Shown in pieces: positions 1 to 14,541 of a stretch of DNA of 64,000 nt. Numbering within the stretch: the first letter of the stretch is position 1; each line of letters opens with the position of its first letter. The DNA is from the human T2T-CHM13v2.0 reference genome, Homo sapiens. A program made the position numbers and the translations under genes. The stretch lies in NCBI RefSeq assembly GCF_009914755.1, contig NC_060927.1. One strand, given 5' to 3'. Under the pieces are notes generated by a model. It was not told the origin of the DNA. It saw only the letters and a program-made list of their open reading frames with translations, and did not search any database.

Positions 1-284
1 AAACTATCAGTCACGACTAATCACATATAAGTATATATTCCAGGAGCAAGACACTTCAATATGGTGGAAAGTATTGCTCAGTGTGACGTCCTGTGTTTTC
101 TGGTGAGGCAGAGGGTGGGATACGGACTCAAGGAGAAAGGAGGAAGCTTAATGCCTCGAGATTTAGAATAACCCAGATCTCTGAGATCCTAAACTACTAA
201 ACGCGAGCATGTGGAGGGAAGTGTTTAATATGATTAGCAGACCTCTTGTTTCTGCCAAATAGAAATAATCACATACCTATTCAC

Positions 285-790
285 TTAATACCTATTCATT
301 CATAAATACCTAAAAGGAGTCAGGTGTTGTGTTAAATGCTGGGGATAACAGCTGTCCACATGCACACATGGGCCCTGGCTTTATGGAGCTTTATATTCTA
401 ATGAAAGACAAATAATGAAAAATAAATAAAAGCATGAAATAACGTCTTGTGCTAAAAAGGTGATGATGATCAAGGTTATGAAAAACTGTGATAAAGATTA
501 TATGGAAGTGTTGGGAGCTACTTTAGATAAAGTGATGGGAGAAGCCCTCTCTCATAAGGAGACCTGAATGGGACTGAGCCAGCTGGGAAGAGCTGGGAAA
601 GGACCATTCCAGGCAGAACGGACAGTAAATACAAAGGGCCTGAGGCAAGAAAAGGCTTGAAGCATTAAAGGAGCTCCATAAAAGCAGCCAGTGTGGCTAA
701 AGCACCATCAGATGGAGGAGAGGAACATGAGACAAGTTTGGAGTGACCATAGCCACATTTTGCAGGCTATGCAGGCCAAGTTCAGGAGAT
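285..790 (-). mobile_element. L2 LINE 3' fragment
   Basis: attcattcat...gtgttaaatgctggggata L2 tail motif and downstream L2-like sequence. Confidence 0.6.
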
Positions 791-834
791 TTAAAGGATA
801 AAGGTTATTATTTTTTATATATATATAAAAAAAC

Positions 835-957
835 TTTTTAGAGAATGGGGTCTCAATATGTTGCCCAGTCTGGACTCAAATGCCTGGGCTCAAGTGATCT
901 TCCTGCCTCAGCCTCTCAAGCAGCCAGGACTACAGGTGGGTACCACCACACCCAACT
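835..957 (-). mobile_element. Alu monomer (FLAM-like)
   Basis: gggtctcaatatgttgcccag...cctgggctcaagtgatcttcctgcctcagcc. Confidence 0.8.
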
Positions 958-1209
958 TAGGTTTTTAAATCTTAACATTTTAAAAAGGCAAAATCTGATT
1001 TCTGTTTTAAGGTATCATTCTAACTGCATATGTCTGTCATAATGTATAAACCACAATTTTTATGCTAAAGAGGTTAGTATTTGGAGAAATCAGTAGGCAT
1101 TTTGAAACATTTAAATAAATTTAAAAAGCCCCCAGTGGTCATCTGAAGATGAGTAAGTTAAGCAATGAATTTGGGATAAAAAAAAAATTCAAAGAACAAA
1201 ACAACCCTA

Positions 1210-2004
<795 letters not shown>

Positions 2005-2358
2005 TCAGCACCTAGTGTCTTCCCTGCTAATGAGAATGTAAAAATCACTCACAGAACATTGGAGCTTTCTCCTAAAAAAAAATCTCACTGCAGAAATCCA
2101 AGTTTAGAATTCATTTATTTAAATGGGGATCTACATTTTTAGTAACTCATTGCTTTACTGTACTCAAACAGTTTCCCAAACTTAAAATGACTTCACAGGT
2201 TTTAATCTGTCCCAAGGGATGAATTTATGTAATGTGGAGACCTGGCTCATTCTCAAGGTGTTTAAAGCTGTAAACATGTGCAATCATGACGTTGCTTGGT
2301 CTTGCTCAAACAAACAACATCATGATTGCACATGTTTATCTCCTGGATTGGAGTCTCA

Positions 2359-2607
<249 letters not shown>

Positions 2608-3397
2608 TCACCACTGGTGAAAAGGAGAATTAAACAAGATTTGAGACAACATATAGATAATTCTTCAAGCTTATGCCCTAGAGCCTTTGGGCATATAGCA
2701 TCTTAAGAAAGTCCTCTCTTAATTTGAGGAATAAGGATGTTCCTAGGCCCCAGTGTTGATGGAGGGAGGTAAAGCATTGAGTATGTCAACTCCAGGGTCC
2801 AAAAGAAACTACAAGAGAGGGATGAAACTAGTCCCTGTCAGGTGACACACTTCTTGGTTTCCATTCATGCACTTTGACAGGAATTGAGCTGCCACAAACC
2901 CCTTCACAGAAAATGGAACTGGTCTGTTTTATGTCTTTTGTTTTGTTTTAATTTTATTTTGCTATATGGCTTCTGATGTGCTGCTTTGGGCCTGGCTTCC
3001 ACTTGAAAAACCAACAGAACTAATCAAACGGAAAATCCAGGCTGAAAATGCACAGATAATACCAGAAAACATATTATAGTCACAAATAATAATTTGACAA
3101 AAATGTAGAATGACTATTTTCAAAATTAAGGGTCATTACTTTGAATTGAATTCTAAATTCAACTGATTTTTTCCTATTTATCTGATCTTTTATTAAATTT
3201 GTGATACAGCCAACGCATGCCTAGGGCTAAGAATTACTGTTTAAAACAAGTTTAGGATATTTGTTTAAAAAACACAAACCAAAAAAACAAACAAAGAAAC
3301 CCCCCCCACAACACACACACACAAAATCCCTAAACTAAGTAGTTACTAACAGTAGCCACACAGCTCCAAATTCAGCTGTCTTATTTAAAATAAATTA

Positions 3398-3712
<315 letters not shown>

Positions 3713-4569
3713 ATTTACAGATAGAGGTATCGCTAAATTACTTCCAAACATGCTACCTAAGGTTTTATTGAGTTTTCTTGATACATTCACAAATAACATT
3801 TTGAACATAAACCAAAACGTTTTCTTTTGGGTTTTACTAGGCACTTCTCTGTAATTGAGAAACTTACTGGAACTTCTCTGATTATCCCAAGTAGTAGACC
3901 TAATTTCATGAGCAGCTTCTTTCATCTCTTCTAACTTTACTTACTTCTTATACCCTGTCCTTGCCACACACAGCTTCTCCATCTGCCCTGTTTCTTTTCT
4001 ATCAAAAATGTTATCCAAAACAAAAAGAGAGAGAGAAAGAGGGAGACATTAGTCCCCTACACCCCTGTACTAGGAGCCTGGCACCTAGGAAAGAAAGTTA
4101 TTTTTGGTTAGTTATATCTAAAAGAGTTTAAAAGGTCTCTGGGCATGCATACAATTTTTAATTGCATATTTTAAAAGTTTCTGGCTCTTGCAAAGAAGGC
4201 TCTTTTAAATTGCCTGCAATCAGAGGTCCTTTCGCTAACCTGCTCTCTAGCGCAGTCCCAAAGCTTATTGGAAGGTTGACAAACTACAGCCCTGTCATAG
4301 TGGCTAAAGAAAGGCAAGACTTACAAGGATTCGCCACGCAAAGTCATCTGCCAAGGCGTTGGGAGGGTGGTGTCACTTGCACCAAGAGCTTTGGGGAGAC
4401 AGCTGCCAAGACAATTATCAGATGGAAATTGAGGTGAGGTAAGATAACCCCCAAAGTTTACTTTAGGGGGAGGAGGGTGACTGGCCTACACTCTTGTAGC
4501 AGGTGCTGCTAGGGCATTCCAGGGCCCTGAAGGGAAACACATTTCAGTTATGCAGAGACATCAACAGCC

Positions 4570-4890
4570 ATTACCTTCGCAGCAAGACCTTCCCTAACCA
4601 CCTTACTAAAAATTGCAGTACCTCCAACATTCCCAATCCCTTTTTCCTGCTTTATTTTTGTCCTTAGCATTTACCACCTTCCAAAAGAATATACATCTTA
4701 CTTATTGCTTTGGTTTTCTTACTATCCCCAACTCCCATGCATGAGTGGCATTGATATGCAGGTACATAAAACCACTAGAATGTTAGCTCCATGAGGATTT
4801 TTATACGTATATCAAGTATCTAGAATATTGTCTGGTACATTTTATGTGCTCCAAAAATTTCTGTTGAGTGAGAGAATGAATGAACAAATA
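4570..4890 (+). mobile_element. L2 3' fragment
   Basis: ccttccctaaccacc...tgttgagtgagagaatgaatgaa terminus. Confidence 0.55.
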
Positions 4891-5538
4891 AAAGCACACA
4901 GAAATGACATTTATCATGTCTTTGAGAAGGCTGAAAAGAGGTGTTTGGTTGTTGGAGCTTTTCACTCTTATTATAGGCTAAGTTAGAAAACGTGAAAATG
5001 TGCCTGGCAGTTTATCTACTTAAAAAAAAATACATTAGCATATTTTGTGCTGAGAATGTTAACTTAATAAAGACATGAGCAGAGCTTTGAAATTATACGA
5101 CTGACTTCCTTTTCCAATGTTTAACAAGGGAAGGAAAATCAGAGGGTTTCACATTTATGCACATTTTATTATTTTTTACGTATGGGTGGATCATTAGTTA
5201 ATGTAGCTTTTGGAAAGAAACGCTTTTCACCCCATAAGCAGTGGAATTTGGAGCTCTCAGCTGCAGCCCTGTGGTACATGTAATTTTCTAAGATCCTAAC
5301 CTCTGTTTACCAGTCACCAGCGGTAAGACTTGGTTGTGTCTTACCCAGGGAAAATCCCCTGGGTAGCTTTTTAAAATGTACTCATTTTCACTTCCTTCCT
5401 TAGACTCACTGATCAGGATGTTCTGGGTCTTGGCCCAAAACTCTGCACCTGAATGAACCTTAGGTGCATGTTTCCCTGCCAGGATGGGGGGAGGGGAAAG
5501 AAATGTCACTTCTTGACACTAGTGTTTAAATACCCTAG

Positions 5539-5745
5539 ACCAGTACCGTCTAATGGCACTTTCCGTGATGATGGAAATGCTCTGCACCTGCACTGTTCAA
5601 TATGGCAGCCACTAGTCACATGTAGCCACTGAGCCTTTGAAATATGGCTAGTGAGACAGAAAAACTTAATTTTTTGATTTTTTAACTGTAATTCATTTAA
5701 ATTTAAATGGCAACATGTAACCAGTGGCTTCCATACCGAACAGCA
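5539..5745. mobile_element. hAT-Charlie MITE (MER3-like)
   Basis: ctttccgtgatgatggaaatgctct...gcagccactagtcacatgtagccactgagc. Confidence 0.7.
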
Positions 5746-5829
5746 TAGATTTAGACTACACAAATGAGGTATCCCACAAAAACTAAAACAACCAAAAACC
5801 TTTCAAACAGAAGTTAAACTATTCCTCAT

Positions 5830-6040
5830 GTATAGTGTTCAAATCTGTGCTCTGCTACTTAGTGGCTATATGGCCTTGGGCAAGTTACTAAACCTCTCTG
5901 CCGGAGTATCACAAGTATAAATGGAGGTAATGATGATACCTATTTCACATGATAGTTGTGAGAAACAACCATGGCAGATAATGTAGGTAAAGTGCCTGGG
6001 AAGGTACCTGGCACATAATAAGAGCTCAATAAGTGAGTTA
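5830..6040 (+). mobile_element. MIR SINE
   Basis: ccttgggcaagttactaaacctctct core. Confidence 0.7.
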
Positions 6041-6569
6041 TTGTTTTGATGGCGGTGGTGATAGAGTGAGTGTGGTGGAGGGGTAGCTGCAAAAATCTCT
6101 CTCCAAGCATAAGCTTGAAGCTGGAGAGTTTTCATAAGAGCAAATCTCCAAATTATCACTTGCTAAGATTAGAAGTACACTCTTGATCAGGGGAGAATTT
6201 AGTTGGCCTGTGAACTTGGCAAAATTACTACCAAACAATCTAACCAAATTAGCTATATGGCTTCTTCCTGACAGTCTATCAACACTAGATACTGCCCAAG
6301 ATACAAGACACTAGACACTAGATGGCTAATCAAGACACTTAACCGGTAGGCAGGTAACCCAGAGTTATAACCAATGAGGCTAAAGTCTAGGTTAATGTTT
6401 ATTGAAATCACAGCTTGGAGCCAAATGGTATGGATTTTAACTGGTTTCTTTGGTATCAGTTATATTCCAAAGATTATAAAAGTGCTTGAAACGTGTGGAT
6501 CAACAGAGAGACTACACAGTAGAAGGGTGGTAAGAATAAACGAGTCAATCTCAAGGAGAGTTCAGTGAG

Positions 6570-6885
6570 CCTGAACCTTCAGACACTATTGAATGGTATT
6601 TGGAAGTGGGGCCTTTGGGAGGTGATTATACCATGAGAGTGGAGCCCACATGATGGGCTAATTCTTACAAGAGGAAGAGAACTAGTACTTTCTCTCTCTA
6701 CTCTGCACCACATGAGGATACAGTGAGAAAATGGCCGTCTATAAACCACGAAGTGGACCCTCATTGGACACTCGATCTGCCAGCACTTTGATCTTTGACT
6801 TCCCAGTCTCCAGAACTGATAGATAAATGTTTGGTGTTTAAGCCACCTAGTCTATGGCAACTTGTTATAGCAGCCTGAATGAAGA
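6570..6885 (+). mobile_element. MaLR solo LTR (MLT1A-like)
   Basis: ggggcctttgggaggtgatta...gacttcccagtctccagaactg...tttaagccacctagtctatgg...gttatagcagcc. Confidence 0.8.
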
Positions 6886-7163
6886 ACCAGTGGATGTCTT
6901 AGTCAATCATTAGATGACTAAAGAAAGAAGGAAGAGATATAAGGAAATAAGGAAGAAGAGAAAAAAAGAAAAAGAAAAAAAGGCTGAGTTAAAGAAAAGT
7001 AAGAATCTGAGATGAAGTGTCTAATACAGACAAATACCGTCTCAAGTCTTAGTTGGTGCACTAAGCATTTGGCACTCAGAACCTGAACCTTTACAGCTTT
7101 AATTTATTTAATTTCTAAGATAATTATGTAAGAAAGTCTGGTTGGCTATTCTATATGTATATG

Positions 7164-7211
7164 TGGATGGATGGATGGATGGATGGATGGATGGATGGAA
7201 GATGGATGGAT
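7164..7211. repeat. (GGAT)n tetranucleotide microsatellite
   Basis: Direct reading. Confidence 0.95.
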
Positions 7212-8394
7212 ACTGTTTCACTCAATAATAATGTCATCAGAAAATGTATATCAAGGGATTATGCCTAGTTTGGGATTATCTCACAGTGAAAAAACAAAAA
7301 ACAGAGAATCATAGTATCTTGCCTCCATGGGATTTAAAGTCTAATGAGGAAACTATTGTTAAATAATAGCACACAAATGAACACTAGTTATAATGGTTAA
7401 ATTTCATAAATGTGAAGTACAGGATGGTTAAGAGTAAACATGGTAGGGGAATCTAGCAAAGACCTGAGGTGAACAGGAGTTAGCAGAGTAAGAAGTAGGA
7501 GGAAAAGACAACTGCAAACAGAAGGAACAGCCACTGCAAACAGAAGGAACAGCCTCTGCAAAGGCTCAGAAGCGGTTCACAGTTTTGCTGGTTAAAAGAA
7601 CTGAAAGGAGGCTAACTTACTGTGAGAGAGGGGAAGGTAAGAAGGCATGAGCCTACAGAAGGAATTTTATGTTTACAAAAAACCCCACAAAACTGAGGAC
7701 TCCACAGTCATGTTGATACTAATCAACATTATTATCTACTATATCCCATCTTTATTAAAGCCATTATCACCATTAAAAAGTGCATTCATGCCAGAAGAAA
7801 TTATTTTACATAAATTGATACTAATTCTAATCTAGTGACAATGTCAGCTAGCAGAGAAACAATTTCTTTCTTATGAAAATTATAATGAATTAAAATTAAA
7901 GAAATGAATTATTATTCTACTTATCTTTTTATATGTAACACAATTAAATCTTTTAAAATATAGAAAGGAAGACAAATTTTATAGTATTTTTATTGTTTCT
8001 GTACCACAAACATCCCCCAACTCTGTCAAACATGATGCTTGTTTAAAAGAAAAAGAAAACTAAACACAAATATTTTCTATAATTTAAGAGTAATGAGGCC
8101 TGAAAGTTGCAAGGTTCTGGAGCTTCCAATTTTCAAGAATAATCCTCTATAAAGGCCTCATCCTATGTGTGAATGTAAACAAACAAGACCTATTGAAACG
8201 TTGTAAACATGCATAAATACCAAAACTGCAGCAAGAATAGGGAATGAGAACTGAAAACACAATATCAAACCATTTTCATTTATAGGAAAGTCTTAGACAA
8301 AACCTAATATGTTGGCTAGACTCTTGAAATATCTAATGCTGAGTTTCAGATTTATCTTTTTTAACATACTATTAAATATCTGTGGTCTCTAAGT

Positions 8395-8600
8395 CAGTGA
8401 TTCCTATCTCTGGGATGGGTTTGCTCCCCAGAGACATCTGGCAATGTCTGGGGACAATTTCCTTGTCACAATGAGAGGTGGGCTGTGTGCTACTGGCATC
8501 TAGTGGCCAGGGGACATCTCACAATGCCCAGGACAAACCCACACAACAAAGAATTACTTACCCCAAAATGGCAATGGTGCTGAGATTGAGAAACGTTGGT
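8395..8600. mobile_element. MER20 (hAT-Charlie) MITE
   Basis: gagacatctggcaatgtctggggaca...gctactggcatctagtgg...gctgagattgagaaac. Confidence 0.75.
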
Positions 8601-8814
8601 TTGAATGATCATTTAACAAGTAGTCTTTATTTTTAAAATATTACAAATAGTTGGAAAAAAATTATTCAGGAAGATTCCTAATTTTTCTTGACAAGTCTAA
8701 CAATACATTTATCATTGTTTTCATTATTTATGGTTTTCACTATCAAAGGAATGACTTGGGAGTTACGAGATTCCACTTTTCAAAATACCTTAAAAAAAAT
8801 TAGATTTTGAGCTA

Positions 8815-8994
<180 letters not shown>

Positions 8995-9597
8995 TTACTT
9001 ATGATTCACCTTATTATTAATAATACTCAAGGCAATAAACCAAGGGCAGATAGCTTAGATTAAAAAGAAGTTGTTATCTGACCTCATTCTATGAAGCTCT
9101 TTTTTTTTTTTTTCTTGTCTAAGACGTTTTGGGAAAGAAATATTACGATATAATGAATAAGAACTCCAGTTCTCTCTGGCTGGAAAGTCCAAAGTGAAGT
9201 CAGTTAAAAAATGTCAGGAAAGACATACAGTCAACTAATGGCAGCTGTATAAGGGAGAAATTTCTCTAATGTGATTCAGACATGAGCTGGGCTGCTGAGG
9301 CCAGCTTGTCTTAGGTAGGGAGGAAGATGAAGGTAGATTTCAGCAGTTTGCTAAGGGTGTGCTCTTCTGTTATCTCTGAATCCAAATGAGACCTATTACA
9401 AATACTCCTGGGTCCTAATTGTAGTCTTATTCACCTTGGAAGGCCAGACATAACTCACAGTGAGTGACCCTTGAGATGGCACCCCAGAATCACTTCCAGC
9501 TCAGCTAACATATTCAATTGTACATTCTCATTTGCAAACTGCACTTTCTAACACTACCAAGTTTCATCAGCTCAGGAAAGATACATTAAAAAATTTT

Positions 9598-10215
9598 TAG
9601 ACAAAAAATAACAGATGTTGATAAGGATGTAGAGAAAAGGGAATGCTTATACACTGTCGATGAGAATGTAAATTACTGCAACCTCTATAGAACCACCATA
9701 CAATCCAGCAGTCCCACTACTGGGTATCTGAAGAAAAAGAAATTATTCTATCAGAATGATACCTACACTTGTATGTTTACTGCAGCACTACTCACAACAG
9801 CAAAGATACAGAATCAACCTAAGTGTCCATCAGTGGATAACTGGATAAAGAAAATGTGGTATGTATGCCATGGAATACTGTTCAGCCATAAAAAAGAGAA
9901 TAAAATTATGTCTTTTGCGGCAACATGAATGGAACTAGAGACCATTACCTTAAGTGAAACAACTCAGAAACAGAAAGTGAAACACCACATGTTCTCACTT
10001 CTGAGTGGGAGCTAAATAATGTGTACTTACGGACATGAAGTGTGGAATAACAGACCATGGCAACTCGGAAGGGTTGGAGGGGGATGAAGGATGATAAATT
10101 ACTTAATGGGTACAATGTATACTATTTGGGTAATGGTTACACTAAAAGTCCACACTTCACCACCACTTAATATACCCATGTGTCAAAAGCTGCACTTGTA
10201 CCCACTAAATGTATA
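9598..10215 (+). mobile_element. L1MA-type 3' end with internal deletion
   Basis: End of ORF2 and 3'UTR motifs (aatcaacctaagtgtccatc, gttctcactt...gggagctaaa, ctgcacttgtaccc). Confidence 0.85.
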
Positions 10216-10324
10216 TGAGAAGAGTTCTTTTTAGCTAGAAAAGAGACTAAGGTAGATAACATTTCAATGGGTGAATGTACACAGACATACATACCTACTC
10301 TCTCTAAATTGTACAGTCCAGGGC

Positions 10325-10656
10325 AGTGGTTGGCAAACTATGGCCCACTAGCCAAACTGGGGCCAATTCCTGTTTGGATACAGCCTGTGAGCCAAGAATA
10401 ACTTTTATTCTCAAATGGTTGAAAAGTAATAAAAAGGAGAATACTTTGTGACATATGAAAATTACATGAAGTTGAAATTACAGTGCCCATAAAGTTTTAT
10501 TTGAACACAGCTACACCTATTCATTTACATAATGTCTACAGCTATTTGCATACTACAATGGCTGAGGTGAGTAGTTCTAACAGAGATTGACTGTTTGAAT
10601 CACGAAGCCTAAAATCTTTATTATCTGGCTGTTTAGAGAAAAAGTTTGCCAACCTG
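10325..10656. mobile_element. MER58-type hAT MITE
   Basis: TIRs cagtggttggcaaact / aagtttgccaacctg. Confidence 0.8.
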
Positions 10657-11525
10657 TAGTCTATGGTTTACATTTGTTATATTCAATATTATAGTAACAG
10701 AAGCATTATACTTGATATTCTATTTGATATTCACATATTATATTGATGGGAGTATTAAGCCTATGATTCTAAAAGATCACAATGAAAAACTGGGGAAAGC
10801 CGGAGTATCTAGTAATAAACAAATGGCTAAATAAAGCAGAGGCATTCATGAAATGGAATATTATGTCACCATTAAAAAGTATAAGCTAAATCTATATTAG
10901 CCAACTTAGTAATATGTGCAAGAAATAAAAAGTGAGAAAACAGGTCTCACATACATACTATATACGTATAAATTATTATCAGATTTTTGTTAAAATATGC
11001 GTATATGTATATCCCTAGAAAATTTCTGCACAGGGCTTATCTCTGAGAATGGGAAGGGGGCAACCAGGGGAGAATTTAATGTTCTATACTCCCGAATTGC
11101 CCATATTTTTACAAAGAGCATGAATTAGTCTGTAATTTTTAAAAGCACCCAAAACTACCAGCTCTTTCTGATTCTTTACATGTAATATTCCTAAAATTAA
11201 AAGTTAGTTTCATGCCCAGTAACTCCACTTAAAGTAAAAATGCTAAAAGTGGTTTGGATTTAGCTACCAGTTGCAATGCAAATACTGCGGGGGCAAGAGA
11301 TTTCCTCCCCCATCAGAAAGTTCTCTGATCTAATGATGCTCCTTTCTAAATTAAAATGGAGATTTGAGTGACTTTGAATTAGGATCTCCACTTTGGCCAT
11401 CCAGAGGAACACGGAGAGGGGGTTCTCTTCCTCCCCACAGGACATCAGCTCTTCAGTGTGGCAAGAGAGGACTCAATCATCGAGGCCAGTTCTGACCACA
11501 CGAGGGTGTCAGCGCTCAGATTTCA

Positions 11526-11732
<207 letters not shown>

Positions 11733-11869
11733 TCAGCTTGAAACAGTTCATCCCACCAGCAAAATGCCAATCAGACCAAGTCCCTGGAATCAAACTGAGC
11801 AGAGCAGGTGGTCTGAGATGCTAACCCTCGTGTGTTAAAATGCTCAGTTAGAAAGAGGAAATAAAAATG

Positions 11870-12115
11870 AAGTTTCCATTACTGACTGCTTATATGCACT
11901 AAGCACTGGGCTACCAGTTTTATATGCATTTTATTTAAAAGTCCTCAGTAAATGCCAGGAGGTAAGTCCTATTTTTATTCATATCTTATGAATAAGGAAA
12001 GTAAGTGTCTGGGCAGTTAAATACCTCACCTAGCATAATATAGCTAGTAAGCAGGAAACAGGCATGCAAGCTCAGGGTTGTCTGCTTTCAAATCCCAGGA
12101 TTTTAACCACTGACC
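11870..12115 (-). mobile_element. MIR SINE
   Basis: MIR-like core (aaggaaagtaag...gttaaatacctcacctag...ttttaaccact). Confidence 0.55.
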
Positions 12116-12477
12116 CCCCTCCAAATGTCCAAGATACCACCTGACAGGGGAAGCTGCTTTAATTCAATAAGAAGTAGATTAAGGAATTATTGAGACATAA
12201 GATTAAAGTGGCTATGTGACATTGTCTGTAACATACAATGCCAGAACTGCTGTGTAACTGTCTGCAGTAGGGTTCACAGAAACAAAAGCATTCATCCAAA
12301 CAATGAAGTTAAACAAAGAATTCCACTCACATCTGTTAACTATTTTGATCACTAAACATAGAGGCACAATTAAAAGTACAGGCCTTAGGCAGAGAGAATC
12401 CAAATAAAGTTAACCTAAGTAGATGTGATGTGCTCAAAATGACAAAGATCCAAACACTTAGACGGCTACAAAACTAA

Positions 12478-12945
<468 letters not shown>

Positions 12946-14483
12946 ACTTATTTTTCTTAATTCAAAATAATAGTTTATTAGAAATTTAGGAGCATAGTAT
13001 TGTGATTATTTAGAACTCTAAGTTTTTTAAAAAGCTAGGCTTTATTTTTTTAAGCAGGCTTATCAATAGAAAGGATAGACTGATTGCTCTTAATTTCTAT
13101 TAAAGGCCTACATGTTTATTTCCTAATTCTTGTAGCAATTTCATTCTAAGAAATGGTCTACCATTAACAGGCACATGAATCTGAAAAGACAGATGGAGAA
13201 GTGTGTGGTAAGATAATAACTTGCCCCTCAAACTAGTGTCTTCACCCATAAAAGCTTTTGTCATCTGTTCCTGCTCTCTCTTAATGCATAAACTAGTTGA
13301 GGGACAATTCAAAATGAGCTTCAAATAGCAAAAACCCCACAGTACATCTGTGAGAAAGATGATCTTTGGGGCACACAAAAGAAATTTATTTTCTGAGGGT
13401 CAGAGGGGCAGCCAAGTTTGCCTCTCTGATGCCCCATATTACCAATCCCTCTTGTTAGGCAAAGTGGAGGTAAAAGTTAGTACTGGCCAAGGACACTTGC
13501 TATATTGAACTCATAATTTCTACAGTAAGATGCTGGGCATCTATTTTATGGCCTGGCACTTTTTTCATCTTGTGTTCATATCACCAGGGTATTATACAAA
13601 TGACTTTTCATCACCAGCAGCATAAAGGAAAGAAAATATGACAGTTACATCTTCAGTGTGGCAGGTACGATTATGTTTCTACAACATTTATATGGCATTT
13701 GCTTCTTTTGAAGGGACTTTTATTAGTTACCTCTCATTTTTCTCTGAGGAAACTACATAATACAAAGCTTTTTTTTTTTTTTCAATGTCCTAACCTTTGG
13801 GTTTCTTTTAATATCATCCTATCCATCAACAGTTTTGATGAAAGGAAAAAGTGGGAGCCCAATGCTAGAATAAGGCACACAGTAAAGTCACGAGGGTTTT
13901 AGACTTTTAAAAATGGGAAACCAGAACCTCAGGCAAGAGAGAAACAAAGAAACACACAAAGTCTGCATCCTAGGCTAGTTCTCCATTTTCTCCTCAATCC
14001 TGGCAACATTTCATAAATTACCGTGGCTGAACCTTTTGAAATGTATGAATGAATAAAGAAGTAATTGCTAAGGAGTTCAGATCTGGGTAGAGCAAAAAGT
14101 AGACGAATCAGATACTCCTTGTAAAGATAAACAATCCCTCTTCATCTGGTCTACTGAATCCTGGCTTTTCTCATTCATTCATTCATTCATTCAACTAATA
14201 CTCATTAAGTACCTGCCATATACCAGGACGATGTTGGGCCTTTGTGATGCAGTGGTGAACAAAAGACATGGATCCTGCCCATGTGAATTTAATAATATGA
14301 TTTGCTATTTTCAGATTTATTGAATATTTTCTCATTCATTAATATATGCATACATATTTTCATCATAAAATTAATATTGTTAATTGGTTTGTGCCTTATA
14401 ATGATGTCAGGCTGTACTTAACACAAATGTACATAATTATAGAGAGGTATAAACTAATGTGTGGATTGTGAATGGGCACTTAC

Positions 14484-14541
14484 TCTACATAGTAGATACC
14501 ATAGACAGGGTCTTCAATCTTTTCCCAACCAGCAGGCAGTT
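14484..14541 (-). CDS. MAGI1: MAGI1 exon (~exon 8), 58 nt: (E)LPAGWEKIEDPVYGIYYV(D), first half of WW2
   Basis: Acceptor ttttcag|AACTGC; donor GTAGA|gtaagt. Confidence 0.97.
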